NCBI GenBank assembly: GCA_964617795.1
Contig: CAZUAB010000002.1
Coordinates: forward strand, 1-40,399
DNA length: 40,399 bases
Origin: an uncultured bacterium
GTDB lineage: Bacteria > J088
Reading direction: 5' to 3'
How positions within the stretch are numbered: position 1 is the stretch's first letter; every line of letters starts with the position of its first letter. A program made the position numbers and the translations under genes. Of this stretch, positions 9,147 through 17,768 are shown piece by piece. Below the pieces are notes generated by a model, which worked only from the letters and a program-made list of their open reading frames with translations, made no database searches and was not told the origin of the DNA.

Positions 9147-10076
9147 ATGTCGCTGTCAAACCGAGTCGTTGAAGCGGTACCGGGCGCCAGTCTGGTCGCG
9201 CCCGGGATCGTTCATTTGCCCGGGCAGACCTCGCTGCGCGAGCTTACCGCGGCATCCTTTCTTGTCGCGGGCGACCCACCACTCCTTGTGGACGCGGGGA
9301 TGACCCGTCCGGTGGCCGAAGCCCTGCGGTCCTTGCGGCTGCCGTTGCGCCTGCATCTGACACACATGCATCTCGACCATCGTCTGCACGAGAGCTGGTT
9401 TCGCCACGGCCCGATCAGCGCCCCGGCGATCGAAGCCGAGGCACTGGTCGACTGGGACGCTTGGCTGGATGCGGGTGGATTTGACGGCCCACTGCGAGCC
9501 GAGGTTGATGCTTGGCGCCGCCACCGGTTGCCGGGCGATCTGACGAGAGACGTGCAAGGGCTAAAGGACGGTGATCACCTGACCAAGCTGGAGCATCCGG
9601 CCCTCTTTCGCCTGCTGCCCGGCCATACAGCGGGCCACAGTGGGTTGGAGTGGCCTGAATTGGGCGCTATGCTGGTCACCGACTACGACATGGAACCGTT
9701 TGGCCCGTGGTATGCCAACCGGACGAGCGACCTGGATGCCTATGAAGCGACGCTACGTGCCCTGATGGCCCGGGACGACGTGACGACATGGATCACTTCG
9801 CATCGCCGCGGCGTCTTGGACCCCGAGGCGTTCCGAACTGGCGGGCGGCGCTATCTCGAGATGATCGAAGCCCGCACGGACCAGCTCCACGATTGGCTCG
9901 TTGAGCCGGCAACAGCAACCGATTTGGCGTACCGTGGGCTGTGCTATCCTGCGGCCATGCTCCGTGATTCCGCATTTTTGCGCGCCTTCGAGCAGCGCAT
10001 GATCGATCTCCATTTGCAGCGTTTGGCACAAGCCGGCGCCGCCGTCTGTGAACAAGGCCAATGGCGCCGAACTTGA
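9147..10076 (+). CDS. MBL-fold metallo-hydrolase
   Basis: In-frame ATG at 9147 within ORF 8964..10076. It has the HxHxDH motif (LTHMHLDH), then PGHTAGH, and later TDYD and SH metal-ligand-like positions. Confidence 0.75.
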   Translation: MSLSNRVVEAVPGASLVAPGIVHLPGQTSLRELTAASFLVAGDPPLLVDAGMTRPVAEALRSLRLPLRLHLTHMHLDHRLHESWFRHGPISAPAIEAEALVDWDAWLDAGGFDGPLRAEVDAWRRHRLPGDLTRDVQGLKDGDHLTKLEHPALFRLLPGHTAGHSGLEWPELGAMLVTDYDMEPFGPWYANRTSDLDAYEATLRALMARDDVTTWITSHRRGVLDPEAFRTGGRRYLEMIEARTDQLHDWLVEPATATDLAYRGLCYPAAMLRDSAFLRAFEQRMIDLHLQRLAQAGAAVCEQGQWRRT

Positions 10077-10747
10077 ACCCTCAAGTGCTACGCCTGCGTT
10101 CATGGCCGGTATTGCTGACCGTGGTGTTTGTCATCGGGGTACAGGGGCTGGCGATCGGCATCGGCGGCTGGCATTTTTGGCGCTACGTGGCGGCGCCCAG
10201 GCTCGGTGTGTTAACCGATGCCGACCGTTGGGAAGAAAGTTTGCGTGTAGCGACCAGTGCGTTTCGTACACTGGACGAGAAACAAGCCGCGCTCGAGACC
10301 ATGTTGACCTTGGGGGACTATGTGCGCACATTGGGTGAGGACGTTCGGCTGAACGCCATTGCCGCCCTCGACAATGTCGTGCTGATGGTTGAATACCCGC
10401 TCGACCTCAAATACGCAGCGGCTCGCGTGCAGGCCATGCTGGGCCGCGAACCGTTGCCGGCTTTCGCGGCTACGATCGCCACGGGGGCCACAGCCAGCCC
10501 TGTCATCGCGGTCGATCTGCGGACGGCGCAGGCCCGCCTGCGGGCGCTTGTCGATCTGCGCGGCGACGCGTTTCGCGAGGCGTCGGCCGAGCGCACCCGT
10601 CTGCTTGTCGAAGAGTTTCGCCGCGATCCGTGCGCCGCGTCTTTCAGCGCCTTGATCCACGACCTTGAACGACGTGAAGACCTCGGTACCGTCGAGCGAA
10701 GTTTCCTTTACGGTATGCGTGAAGAAAGGCAGCAGCGGTGTTTTTGA
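10061..10747 (+). CDS. hypothetical membrane-anchored protein
   Basis: 228 aa with a single N-terminal TM helix (WPVLLTVVFVIGVQGLAIGIGGW) followed by a helical soluble domain. It overlaps the MBL gene by 16 nt and the next gene by 10 nt. GC3 is high in this frame. No family recognised. Confidence 0.5.
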   Translation: MAPNLNPQVLRLRSWPVLLTVVFVIGVQGLAIGIGGWHFWRYVAAPRLGVLTDADRWEESLRVATSAFRTLDEKQAALETMLTLGDYVRTLGEDVRLNAIAALDNVVLMVEYPLDLKYAAARVQAMLGREPLPAFAATIATGATASPVIAVDLRTAQARLRALVDLRGDAFREASAERTRLLVEEFRRDPCAASFSALIHDLERREDLGTVERSFLYGMREERQQRCF

Positions 10748-11337
10748 TTGACCCGCCGCACGATGAGGGCCCATGGTGGCTGGCGCCGGGGGCGCTCGAC
10801 GACCTCAGGGAGCTTGATGTCGGCCGCTGGGCGCTTCGTCCCGGTGACGCTTGGGTATTGACGGCCCCTCGCGCAGCTCTCGACAGGCTTTCTGTGCTGC
10901 TGGCCGAACACCGGCGCTGGCACGGATTGTCGCCTGCCGAGCTGGCATTGGCCCGGCTGGGCCCCGTCGACCGTCCACGGCTGACGTGGCGCGAGCGCCT
11001 GCGCGGCTGGTTGGGGCTGCCCCCGGTTGGGGCGGCTTGGTTCGATCGCTGGTCAGTGGCCGCAGAGTCGGACTACGACCGACTCTGGGCGATGGCTCTG
11101 GCTCGCAGTATCGAGCGCGATGTACCCGTGATCGTGCTTGATCGAGTCGTCGGGCAGCTTTCTCCCGGTTTGTTGCGGCGTCTCGGGGCCGACTTGTCCC
11201 GGCTCGTGACCGAGACCGGGCTGACGCTGCTCGTCTTGGAGGAGTTCGAACCCGCGGCATGGCCGGTGCCGTCACGCCGCGGAAACGCTCGCCTTGGTCG
11301 CCTCGTTCCCGAGGTTCGCTCGCGCGCTCAGGGATAG
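10738..11337 (+). CDS. hypothetical protein resembling a degenerate (catalytically dead) ABC-type ATPase domain
   Basis: GTG start at 10738. The layout parallels an ABC NBD, but the catalytic motifs are replaced. LRPGDAWVLTAPRAALDRLSVLLAEH sits where GE.vaivGpsGsGKStLl would be. ESDYDRLWAMALARSIERDVPVIVLDRVVGQLSP sits where LSGGq.qRvaiARAL...P.illlDEPt..LD would be. TGLTLLVLEE sits where g.Tvl.vtHd would be. Confidence 0.45.
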   Translation: MFLIDPPHDEGPWWLAPGALDDLRELDVGRWALRPGDAWVLTAPRAALDRLSVLLAEHRRWHGLSPAELALARLGPVDRPRLTWRERLRGWLGLPPVGAAWFDRWSVAAESDYDRLWAMALARSIERDVPVIVLDRVVGQLSPGLLRRLGADLSRLVTETGLTLLVLEEFEPAAWPVPSRRGNARLGRLVPEVRSRAQG

Positions 11338-12929
11338 TGCGAGACCGGGTCGATGACCGTATCGCGCGCCTGCGGCAACAGGTCGGGCTCGTCAATACTG
11401 AAATGCAGGCCACGGCTTTCGCGCCGCCGCAGTGCGCTCTGTACGATGATCCACGCTACCTGCACAAGGTTGCGCAGCTCCAGCAGGTCGGCGGTCGGCA
11501 GCGAGCCCCAGTAGTACTCCTGCACCTCTTCAGCCAGCAGCGCCAGCCGTCGCCGCGCCCGTTGCAGACGACCGCGACTGCGCACAATCCCGACGTAGCT
11601 GTGCATTGCCCGTCGTACCTCGTCCCAGTTGTGCGTGACGATGACCGCTTCGTCGGAACTGACGGCATCACCGTAAAGCCACCCGAGGTTCACGTCGCCG
11701 AGGTCGCGGGGAGGGCGGGGCGCCTCGCTGCGTAGTGAATCGGCCGCGTACCGGGCATAGGCCAGACCTTCGAGCAGGCTATTGGAGGCGAGGCGATTGG
11801 CCCCATGCAGGCCCGTAAAGGCGACCTCACCAATGGCCAGCAGGTCCTGCACCTCACTGCGCCCGCATTCGTCTACCCAAACGCCGCCACACTGGTAATG
11901 CGCCGCCGGTACCACGGGTACCGGCTCGCGAGCCAGATCGAAGCCAAAGCGGCGCGCCGCTTCGGTCAGGTTGGGGAACCGCCCCTCAACAAAGGCCTGG
12001 TCTCGGTGGCTGATGTCAATGTACACATGCTCGGCCCCGGTCCGCTTCATTTCGGCATCGATGGCCCGGGCGACGATGTCGCGCGGCGCGAGTTCGGCCG
12101 CCGGGTGCAGGTCGGCCATGAACCGTTCGCCATCAAGGTTACGCAGCACGGCGCCTTCTCCTCGAAGTGCCTCGGAGATCAGAAAGTTCTTCGCGGCCGG
12201 GTGGAAAAGGCAGGTCGGGTGAAATTGCGTGAACTCCATGTTGACGACTCGGCAACCGACGCGGTAAGCCATAGCGACCCCATCTCCGGTCGCTACATCG
12301 GGGTTTGATGTGTACAGGTAGACCTTGCCCGAACCACCGGACGCGAGTACCGTCTTGCCGGCCAACCAGGCCGTGATACGTCCGTTGGAGGTGTCCAGCA
12401 GGTAGGCGCCGACGCATGTATCGCGAAAGGCATGCAGCTTGCGCCGGCGAGTAATCAAATCGACGGCAAAATGGTGGTCGAGCAGGCGGATCCGTGGATG
12501 CTCGCGGGCGCGTTCAAGCAACGCATGGCCGATCGCGGCGCCGGTCAGGTCCCCTGCGTGCAAGACCCTTCGGGCTGAATGCCCGCCTTCTCGCCCCAGA
12601 TCCCAGCTGTCGTCTGTGCCCTGCGCAAATTGGACGCCCCAGCGCACGAGGTCATCGACCAACCCCGGGCCATCTCCAATCACGCGGCGTACAGTGTTTT
12701 CGTGGCACAGGCCCGCACCGGCCGTCAGCGTGTCCTGAACGTGATGCTCAAAGGTGTCGGCCGGGTCGACCACAGCGGCGATGCCGCCTTGGGCGTACCA
12801 CGTGTTCGATTCTTCGAAGGCTGTTTTGGTCGCAATCGTGACCTCGCTGAACTCGGCGGCTCTGAGTGCGAAGCTAAGCCCCGCCACGCCACCGCCGATG
12901 ACCAGAATATCCGTCGTTTCTCGGCTCAT
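11328..12929 (-). CDS. nadB: L-aspartate oxidase
   Basis: In-frame ATG at 12929 within ORF 11328..13085 gives MSRETTDILVIGGGVAGLSFALRAAE (FAD dinucleotide fold). It continues with TWYAQGGIAAV and HGANRLASNSLLEGL, typical of NadB and the succinate dehydrogenase flavoprotein family. Length is 533 aa. Confidence 0.92.
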   Translation of the reverse strand: MSRETTDILVIGGGVAGLSFALRAAEFSEVTIATKTAFEESNTWYAQGGIAAVVDPADTFEHHVQDTLTAGAGLCHENTVRRVIGDGPGLVDDLVRWGVQFAQGTDDSWDLGREGGHSARRVLHAGDLTGAAIGHALLERAREHPRIRLLDHHFAVDLITRRRKLHAFRDTCVGAYLLDTSNGRITAWLAGKTVLASGGSGKVYLYTSNPDVATGDGVAMAYRVGCRVVNMEFTQFHPTCLFHPAAKNFLISEALRGEGAVLRNLDGERFMADLHPAAELAPRDIVARAIDAEMKRTGAEHVYIDISHRDQAFVEGRFPNLTEAARRFGFDLAREPVPVVPAAHYQCGGVWVDECGRSEVQDLLAIGEVAFTGLHGANRLASNSLLEGLAYARYAADSLRSEAPRPPRDLGDVNLGWLYGDAVSSDEAVIVTHNWDEVRRAMHSYVGIVRSRGRLQRARRRLALLAEEVQEYYWGSLPTADLLELRNLVQVAWIIVQSALRRRESRGLHFSIDEPDLLPQARDTVIDPVSHYP

Positions 12930-13828
12930 TGCGACTCCCTCTGTGCCGTCAGGCGGCCGACGCGCACGAAGTTTTGATACTCGCCTGGCCGCCAGCCGGT
13001 CCAACGTTCGATCCCCGCCGATACAGCCTCGCGGGGCTGGCTGCGTAGCCACGGCCAGACGCGTGGATCGGGCTCGAACGGCCAATCCTGCCGGCCGATC
13101 CAGTCCACCATGACCGCCGGGTGCGAGCCATCGAAGGGCCGGACGCGAATTCGCGGATCATAGTCCCAGTCGTCCGGCACTACGACTGGTACGGCCTTGT
13201 CGGCGCTCCACCACTGCTCGAAGTCGACCTTGCGCTCGCGCATCAGCGCCGGTGGCCGGACCCAGCCATAGTGATGCACATGGGCAGGAATTTCGAGCAC
13301 CCGCAATTTGCGCCCATTGATCCGGAAGCCCTGCGCATCCTTCCACGAGCGAGCACCGCTGGAACGGCGTACGACGCGAACTTCGCGGCGGTACCAGCGG
13401 CGGCCCGTGCCAATCGTGTGGTACGAGCCGTAAAAATGCCGATACCACAGCAACAGGCCCTCAAAACGGGCATCCTGCGCCATGGCCTCGAAGCCGGCAC
13501 GAATGGCTGGCGTGTCGTTCTCGTGCAGCACTTCATCGGCCTGAAGATAGAGCGCAACATCATGCAGGCAGGCGTCAAGAGCGATATCGGTCTGCTGCGC
13601 AAGAATACGCCCACCACTGCGCAGCTCGGGATCCCAGCGCGATTCGATGATTCGCAGGCGGCTGTCCGCCGCCGCAAGCTCACGGACGGCCTCCAGCGTG
13701 CCGTCCTCTCCGATGCCCACGTTGACGACGACTTCGTCGCACAGGGGCAGCAGGCTGCGGATACTCTCACGGAACGGGTAACCGAGCCGAATCCCGTCCC
13801 GCACGAAGGTGAAACCGCTAACGTGCAT
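12926..13828 (-). CDS. glycosyltransferase family 2-like protein
   Basis: MHVSGFTFVRDGIRLGYPFRESIRSLLPLCDEVVVNVGIGEDGTLEAV...YLQADEVLHE resembles the N-terminal half of a recurrent GT2-like family. The stop overlaps the nadB ATG (ATGA). The start is ambiguous: 13828 is preferred, with in-frame alternatives at 13864 and 13879. Confidence 0.55.
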   Translation of the reverse strand: MHVSGFTFVRDGIRLGYPFRESIRSLLPLCDEVVVNVGIGEDGTLEAVRELAAADSRLRIIESRWDPELRSGGRILAQQTDIALDACLHDVALYLQADEVLHENDTPAIRAGFEAMAQDARFEGLLLWYRHFYGSYHTIGTGRRWYRREVRVVRRSSGARSWKDAQGFRINGRKLRVLEIPAHVHHYGWVRPPALMRERKVDFEQWWSADKAVPVVVPDDWDYDPRIRVRPFDGSHPAVMVDWIGRQDWPFEPDPRVWPWLRSQPREAVSAGIERWTGWRPGEYQNFVRVGRLTAQRESQ

Positions 13829-13929
13829 CTGGTTCAAATGGCCTTCCTCTGCTACGATGAACATTCTATCCGATCCCATTTACGCCGGTCGTTGATGGCG
13901 GCCCGTGTGCGTTTCGCAAGGAGACATGC

Positions 13930-15087
13930 GTGAGCGAATATCTGTTTACCTCCGAGTCGGTATCCGAAGGCCATCCGGATAAGCTGGCGGATCGGATTTC
14001 CGACGCCATCCTCGATGCCTATTTGACCGTCGATCCGGGCGCTCACGTAGCCGCCGAAACACTAATCACGACTGGGCTGGTGGTGATTGCCGGCGAGGTC
14101 AAGGTACGCGGCGGCGCCGGGGTGGTCGATATCGCCGAAGTGGCCCGGGCGGCGATCCGTGACGTGGGCTATAACGACCCCGAAATCGGCTTCGACTGGC
14201 GCAGTTGCGGCGTCCTCGTCGCACTGCACCAGCAGAGCGCCGATATCGACCAGGGCGTTAGCCGCGTCGACGACGTCGGCGCCGGTGATCAAGGGATGAT
14301 GTTCGGCTATGCCGTCGATGAGACGCCCGAATTGATGCCAATGCCGATCCTTTATGCGCACAAACTCGTCGAACGGCTGGCCGAACAACGCAAATCGGGT
14401 GCGGTTGACTTCCTGCGCCCGGACGCCAAGAGCCAAGTCTCGGTACGCTACATCGACGGCCGCCCCCGTTCCGTGGCTGCCGTGGTCGTTTCGACCCAGC
14501 ATGCAGCCGATATCGGTAACGAGCGGCTGCACGAATACGTCACAGAAGAGATCATCAAACCGGTGATCCCAGCCGAATTGCGTGATCCCGACTGGAAGCT
14601 CTACATCAATCCGACAGGGCGCTTCGTGATCGGTGGACCGCATGGGGACGCCGGTCTCACCGGACGCAAAATCATCGTCGACACCTATGGTGGGGCTGCC
14701 CATCACGGTGGTGGAGCATTCAGCGGCAAGGACCCGACGAAGGTTGACCGTAGTGCTCATTATGCGGCCCGCTATGTGGCCAAGAATATCGTGGCCGCCG
14801 GTCTGGCGCGTCGCTGCGAAATTCAAGTCGCCTATGCCATCGGCGTCGCCGAACCGGTTTCGATCATGGTCGATACGTTCGGTACCGGCACCCTTCCCGA
14901 CGAGCGTTTGGCAGCCATCATTGCCGAAGTCGCCCCGCTCAAGCCCAAGCAGATCATCGAGCACCTACATCTGCGCCGCCCCATCTACCAACCGACGGCG
15001 GCCTACGGGCATTTCGGCCGGGAGCTGCCGGACTTCACCTGGGAGGCGCGGGACCTGGTAGACGCGCTCCTTCGTGCCGCCGGCTGA
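13930..15087 (+). CDS. metK: S-adenosylmethionine synthase
   Basis: GTG start at 13930 with AAGGAG 6 nt upstream. Motifs are [29 protein letters not shown] and [21 protein letters not shown]...[17 protein letters not shown]. Confidence 0.97.
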   Translation: MSEYLFTSESVSEGHPDKLADRISDAILDAYLTVDPGAHVAAETLITTGLVVIAGEVKVRGGAGVVDIAEVARAAIRDVGYNDPEIGFDWRSCGVLVALHQQSADIDQGVSRVDDVGAGDQGMMFGYAVDETPELMPMPILYAHKLVERLAEQRKSGAVDFLRPDAKSQVSVRYIDGRPRSVAAVVVSTQHAADIGNERLHEYVTEEIIKPVIPAELRDPDWKLYINPTGRFVIGGPHGDAGLTGRKIIVDTYGGAAHHGGGAFSGKDPTKVDRSAHYAARYVAKNIVAAGLARRCEIQVAYAIGVAEPVSIMVDTFGTGTLPDERLAAIIAEVAPLKPKQIIEHLHLRRPIYQPTAAYGHFGRELPDFTWEARDLVDALLRAAG

Positions 15088-15168
15088 GTTCGCGCTACAC
15101 TAATACGTGATGCCCACGTCGGGTTCTCGACGCGGGCCGAGCCGCCCTTGTGGGCAGGAGCATGGAAG

Positions 15169-16620
15169 ATGACGACAGCGGAGCGCACCCGCACGGCGGG
15201 TGTCGATTACAAGGTGGCCGACCTGACTTTGGCCGAATGGGGCCGCCGCGAACTTAACCTGGCCGAACACGAAATGCCCGGCCTGATGGCCTTGCGCGAA
15301 CGCTACGGCAAAGCGCAACCGTTGGCCGGTGCCCGCATCACGGGCTCGCTGCACATGACGATCCAAACCGCTGTGCTGATCGAGACCTTGCAGGCGCTTG
15401 GCGCCGAAGTGCGCTGGGCATCGTGTAATATTTTCTCGACCCAAGACCATGCGGCGGCAGCGATTGCGGCCGCCGGGACCGCGGTGTTTGCCTGGAAGGG
15501 TGAGTCGCTCGACGAATATTGGTGGGCGACTGACCAGATCTTTGACTTCGGTGATGGTCAGGGACCAAACATGATTCTCGATGATGGCGGTGATGCAACG
15601 CTGTTGTTGCATTTGGGCGTCGAATGGGAAGCCAAACATGCTGTTGACGGCTCGCTGCCGGATCCGGCGATGGCCGGTAATGAAGAAGAAGTTTCGTTGC
15701 TCAAGATCTTGCGCGCCTCGATTGAGCGCGATCCGCAGCGCTGGACCCGCCTTGCGCCGCAGGTCAAAGGCGTCACCGAAGAAACCACCACGGGGGTCTT
15801 GCGCCTGCGCGAACGGGCCGAGGCCCGCACACTGCTCTTTCCCGCAATCAACGTCAACGACTCGGTAACCAAGAGCAAGTTCGACAATATCTACGGCTGC
15901 CGGCACAGCTTGCCCGATGGCATCATGCGTGCCACCGACGTCATGATCGCCGGAAAAAAAGTCCTGATTGCCGGCTACGGTGACGTTGGCAAGGGCTGCG
16001 CGCAAGCTATGGCCGGCGCCGGCGCCCGCGTCGCCGTCAGCGAAATCGATCCAATCTGCGCATTGCAGGCGCTGATGGAAGGCCTCGATGTGATCACCGT
16101 CGAAGACGCGATTGCCCAAGGATTCGACATCTACGTGACCGCAACGGGCAACAAAGACATCCTCCGCGCCGAGCACATGGCAGCCATGAAAGACAAGGCG
16201 ATCGTCTGCAATATCGGCCATTTCGACAACGAGATTGACATTGCCGGCATGGCCAAATTGCCCGGCATCCGCAAGACAGAGATCAAGCCGCAGGTCCACG
16301 AATGGACCTTCACCGATGGGCACGGTGTCCTCGTCCTCGCCGAGGGACGCCTCGTCAACCTCGGCTGCGCCACCGGCCACCCCAGCTTCGTCATGTCGGC
16401 CAGCTTCTCCAACCAAGTGTTGGCCCAGATCGAACTATACACCCGCAACGCCGAATACGACCGTCAGGTCTATGTGCTTCCGCGCCACCTCGACGAAGAC
16501 GTGGCCCGTCTCCACCTCGACAAGCTCGGCGCCCGGCTGACCCAGCTCACCGCAGAGCAGGCGCGGTATATCGGGGTGGCGGTGGGGGGGCCGTATAAGC
16601 GCGACGACTACCGCTACTAA
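15169..16620 (+). CDS. ahcY: adenosylhomocysteinase
   Basis: ATG at 15169 (AGGAG 8 nt upstream) within ORF 15148..16620. Motifs are [16 protein letters not shown], the NAD site [20 protein letters not shown] and [11 protein letters not shown]. It is the long bacterial type with the insertion segment. Confidence 0.96.
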   Translation: MTTAERTRTAGVDYKVADLTLAEWGRRELNLAEHEMPGLMALRERYGKAQPLAGARITGSLHMTIQTAVLIETLQALGAEVRWASCNIFSTQDHAAAAIAAAGTAVFAWKGESLDEYWWATDQIFDFGDGQGPNMILDDGGDATLLLHLGVEWEAKHAVDGSLPDPAMAGNEEEVSLLKILRASIERDPQRWTRLAPQVKGVTEETTTGVLRLRERAEARTLLFPAINVNDSVTKSKFDNIYGCRHSLPDGIMRATDVMIAGKKVLIAGYGDVGKGCAQAMAGAGARVAVSEIDPICALQALMEGLDVITVEDAIAQGFDIYVTATGNKDILRAEHMAAMKDKAIVCNIGHFDNEIDIAGMAKLPGIRKTEIKPQVHEWTFTDGHGVLVLAEGRLVNLGCATGHPSFVMSASFSNQVLAQIELYTRNAEYDRQVYVLPRHLDEDVARLHLDKLGARLTQLTAEQARYIGVAVGGPYKRDDYRY

Positions 16621-16625
16621 GGCGG

Positions 16626-16745
16626 GGCCGGTGAAAACCGGCCATCTGCGGCGTTACCGGCTTGGCCCCCGGCTCGACGTGGCGCTGCCACGCCTGCGCC
16701 GTGGTCCGGCGCCGGTTCCTTGCATCTAGCCGATTTTGACCGGCC
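16626..16745. repeat. ~120-nt imperfect palindromic intergenic element between convergent ahcY and ilvE
   Basis: The left arm GGCCGGTGAAAACCGGC (16626-16642) is itself a perfect 6-bp hairpin when extended to 16643. The right arm GCCGATTTTGACCGGCC (16729-16745) has a reverse complement identical to the left arm at 15 of 17 positions. A central hairpin CGTGGC-gct-GCCACG lies at 16678-16692, and nested ACCGGC/GCCGGT pairing lies in between. Confidence 0.6.
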
Positions 16746-16763
16746 CCGGGGCGGCGGTTTTTT
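16738..16763 (+). terminator. candidate intrinsic terminator for ahcY (GC-rich hairpin + T6)
   Basis: gaccggccccggggcggcgg can form a short interrupted GC stem and is followed directly by TTTTTT (16758-16763) and then a G8 run (16764-16771). The stem is imperfect, and the larger palindrome upstream may be the real structure. Confidence 0.35.
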
Positions 16764-16778
16764 GGGGGGGGAGGCGGC

Positions 16779-17714
16779 TCAGGCCTTTGCGTAGTCGATG
16801 GGGGTCAGCCAGCGGCTGTGGGCGGGGAGTTCGCCGCGGACGGCCGCGTGGTAGTTGGCCTGCAGCTTGCGGGTGATCGGGCCGGGGCGGCCTTCGCCGA
16901 CTGGGCGATCGTCGACGGACTGCACAGGGGTCACTTCGGCGGCCGTGCCCGTGAGGAAGATTTCATCGGCGATATACAGTTCGTCGCGCGACATATAGAC
17001 TTCTTCGACCGTCAGGCCTTCCTCATGGGCTAGCTGGATCACGGTATCACGAGTAATGCCGTCCAGTGCCGAGGTCAGCGGCGGTGTGCGCAAGCGCTTG
17101 CCGCGAACCACGAATAGATTTTCGGCACTGCCTTCGGCAACGAAGCCGTTCGAGTCGAGCATGATCGCCTCGTCATAGCCGACGCGCAAGGCTTCGCGTT
17201 TGGCCAAGATGGAGTTCAGATAGCCGCCGCAGGCCTTGGCCTTGTTCATCATGGCATTGGGGTGGTGCCGTGAGAAGCTCGAAATCCGGCAACGAATGCC
17301 TTTTTCGAGCCCTTCGTCACCCAGATAGGTGCCCCACGACCAGCCGATGATCGCTGTGCGGATGGGGTTGTCCCTGGGGTTGAGGCCCATCATGCCGCTT
17401 CCGATGAACATCAAATGCCGCAGATAACAGCTCGGCAGGTTGTTACGTGCAACCAGCTCGCAGGTGGCGGCGGCCAGTTCGTTGTCGCTGAAGGTGGGTT
17501 CCATCTGCATAATTTTGGCGGAGCGCCTCAGGCGCCGCAGGTGGTCTTCGAGCCGGACGGCCGCGCTGCCGCCGCTGCTGGTCTCGTACACACGAGTACC
17601 CTCAAAGACACCGAGGCCGTAATGCAGTGTGTGGGTCAGGATGTGGACATTCGCGTCGTCCCAAGACACGAACTTGCCGTCAAGCCAGATCCAGTCGGCG
17701 CGGGGGATGGACAT
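16779..17714 (-). CDS. ilvE: branched-chain-amino-acid aminotransferase (class IV)
   Basis: MSIPRADWIWLDGKFVSWDDANVHILTHTLHYGLGVFEGTRVY..., the catalytic-Lys region NKAKACGGYLNS, and GITRDTVIQLA...FLTGTAAEVTPV. ATG 17714 is preferred (AAGGAG 6 nt upstream) over the GTG at 17717. Confidence 0.93.
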   Translation of the reverse strand: MSIPRADWIWLDGKFVSWDDANVHILTHTLHYGLGVFEGTRVYETSSGGSAAVRLEDHLRRLRRSAKIMQMEPTFSDNELAAATCELVARNNLPSCYLRHLMFIGSGMMGLNPRDNPIRTAIIGWSWGTYLGDEGLEKGIRCRISSFSRHHPNAMMNKAKACGGYLNSILAKREALRVGYDEAIMLDSNGFVAEGSAENLFVVRGKRLRTPPLTSALDGITRDTVIQLAHEEGLTVEEVYMSRDELYIADEIFLTGTAAEVTPVQSVDDRPVGEGRPGPITRKLQANYHAAVRGELPAHSRWLTPIDYAKA

Positions 17715-17768
17715 CACGGTCTCCTTACTGTGGAGATAGTGTACTCAATCCCCGGCGCGGCCGCACTT

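Noticed and set aside
15100-16416. Long antisense or out-of-frame ORFs in the track. Examples: 15100..16416 (-, 438 aa), 28150..29763 (-, 537 aa), 7526..8716 (-, 396 aa), 4349..5338 (-, 329 aa), 21771..23072 (+, 433 aa), 1924..2736 (-, 270 aa), 31552..32604 (-, 350 aa), 13121..13933 (+, 270 aa).
   Set aside because: Each lies opposite or out of frame to a gene with unmistakable conserved motifs (ahcY, OmpA-family gene, lptE-like/holA, DUF4388/leuS, glnE/mtnA, moxR, TPR gene, GT2-like gene). Their translations are Arg/Pro/Gly/Ala-rich with no recognisable motifs, as expected for stop-poor shadow frames in high-GC DNA.
16621-16778. Possible tRNA, small ORF or phase-variable G8 tract in the ahcY-ilvE spacer.
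   Set aside because: There is no T-loop (GGTTCGAATCC-like) or cloverleaf and no ORF with a start and SD. The G8 run lies downstream of both convergent genes, so length changes would not shift any reading frame or promoter spacing that I can identify. It is retained only as part of the structured-element finding.
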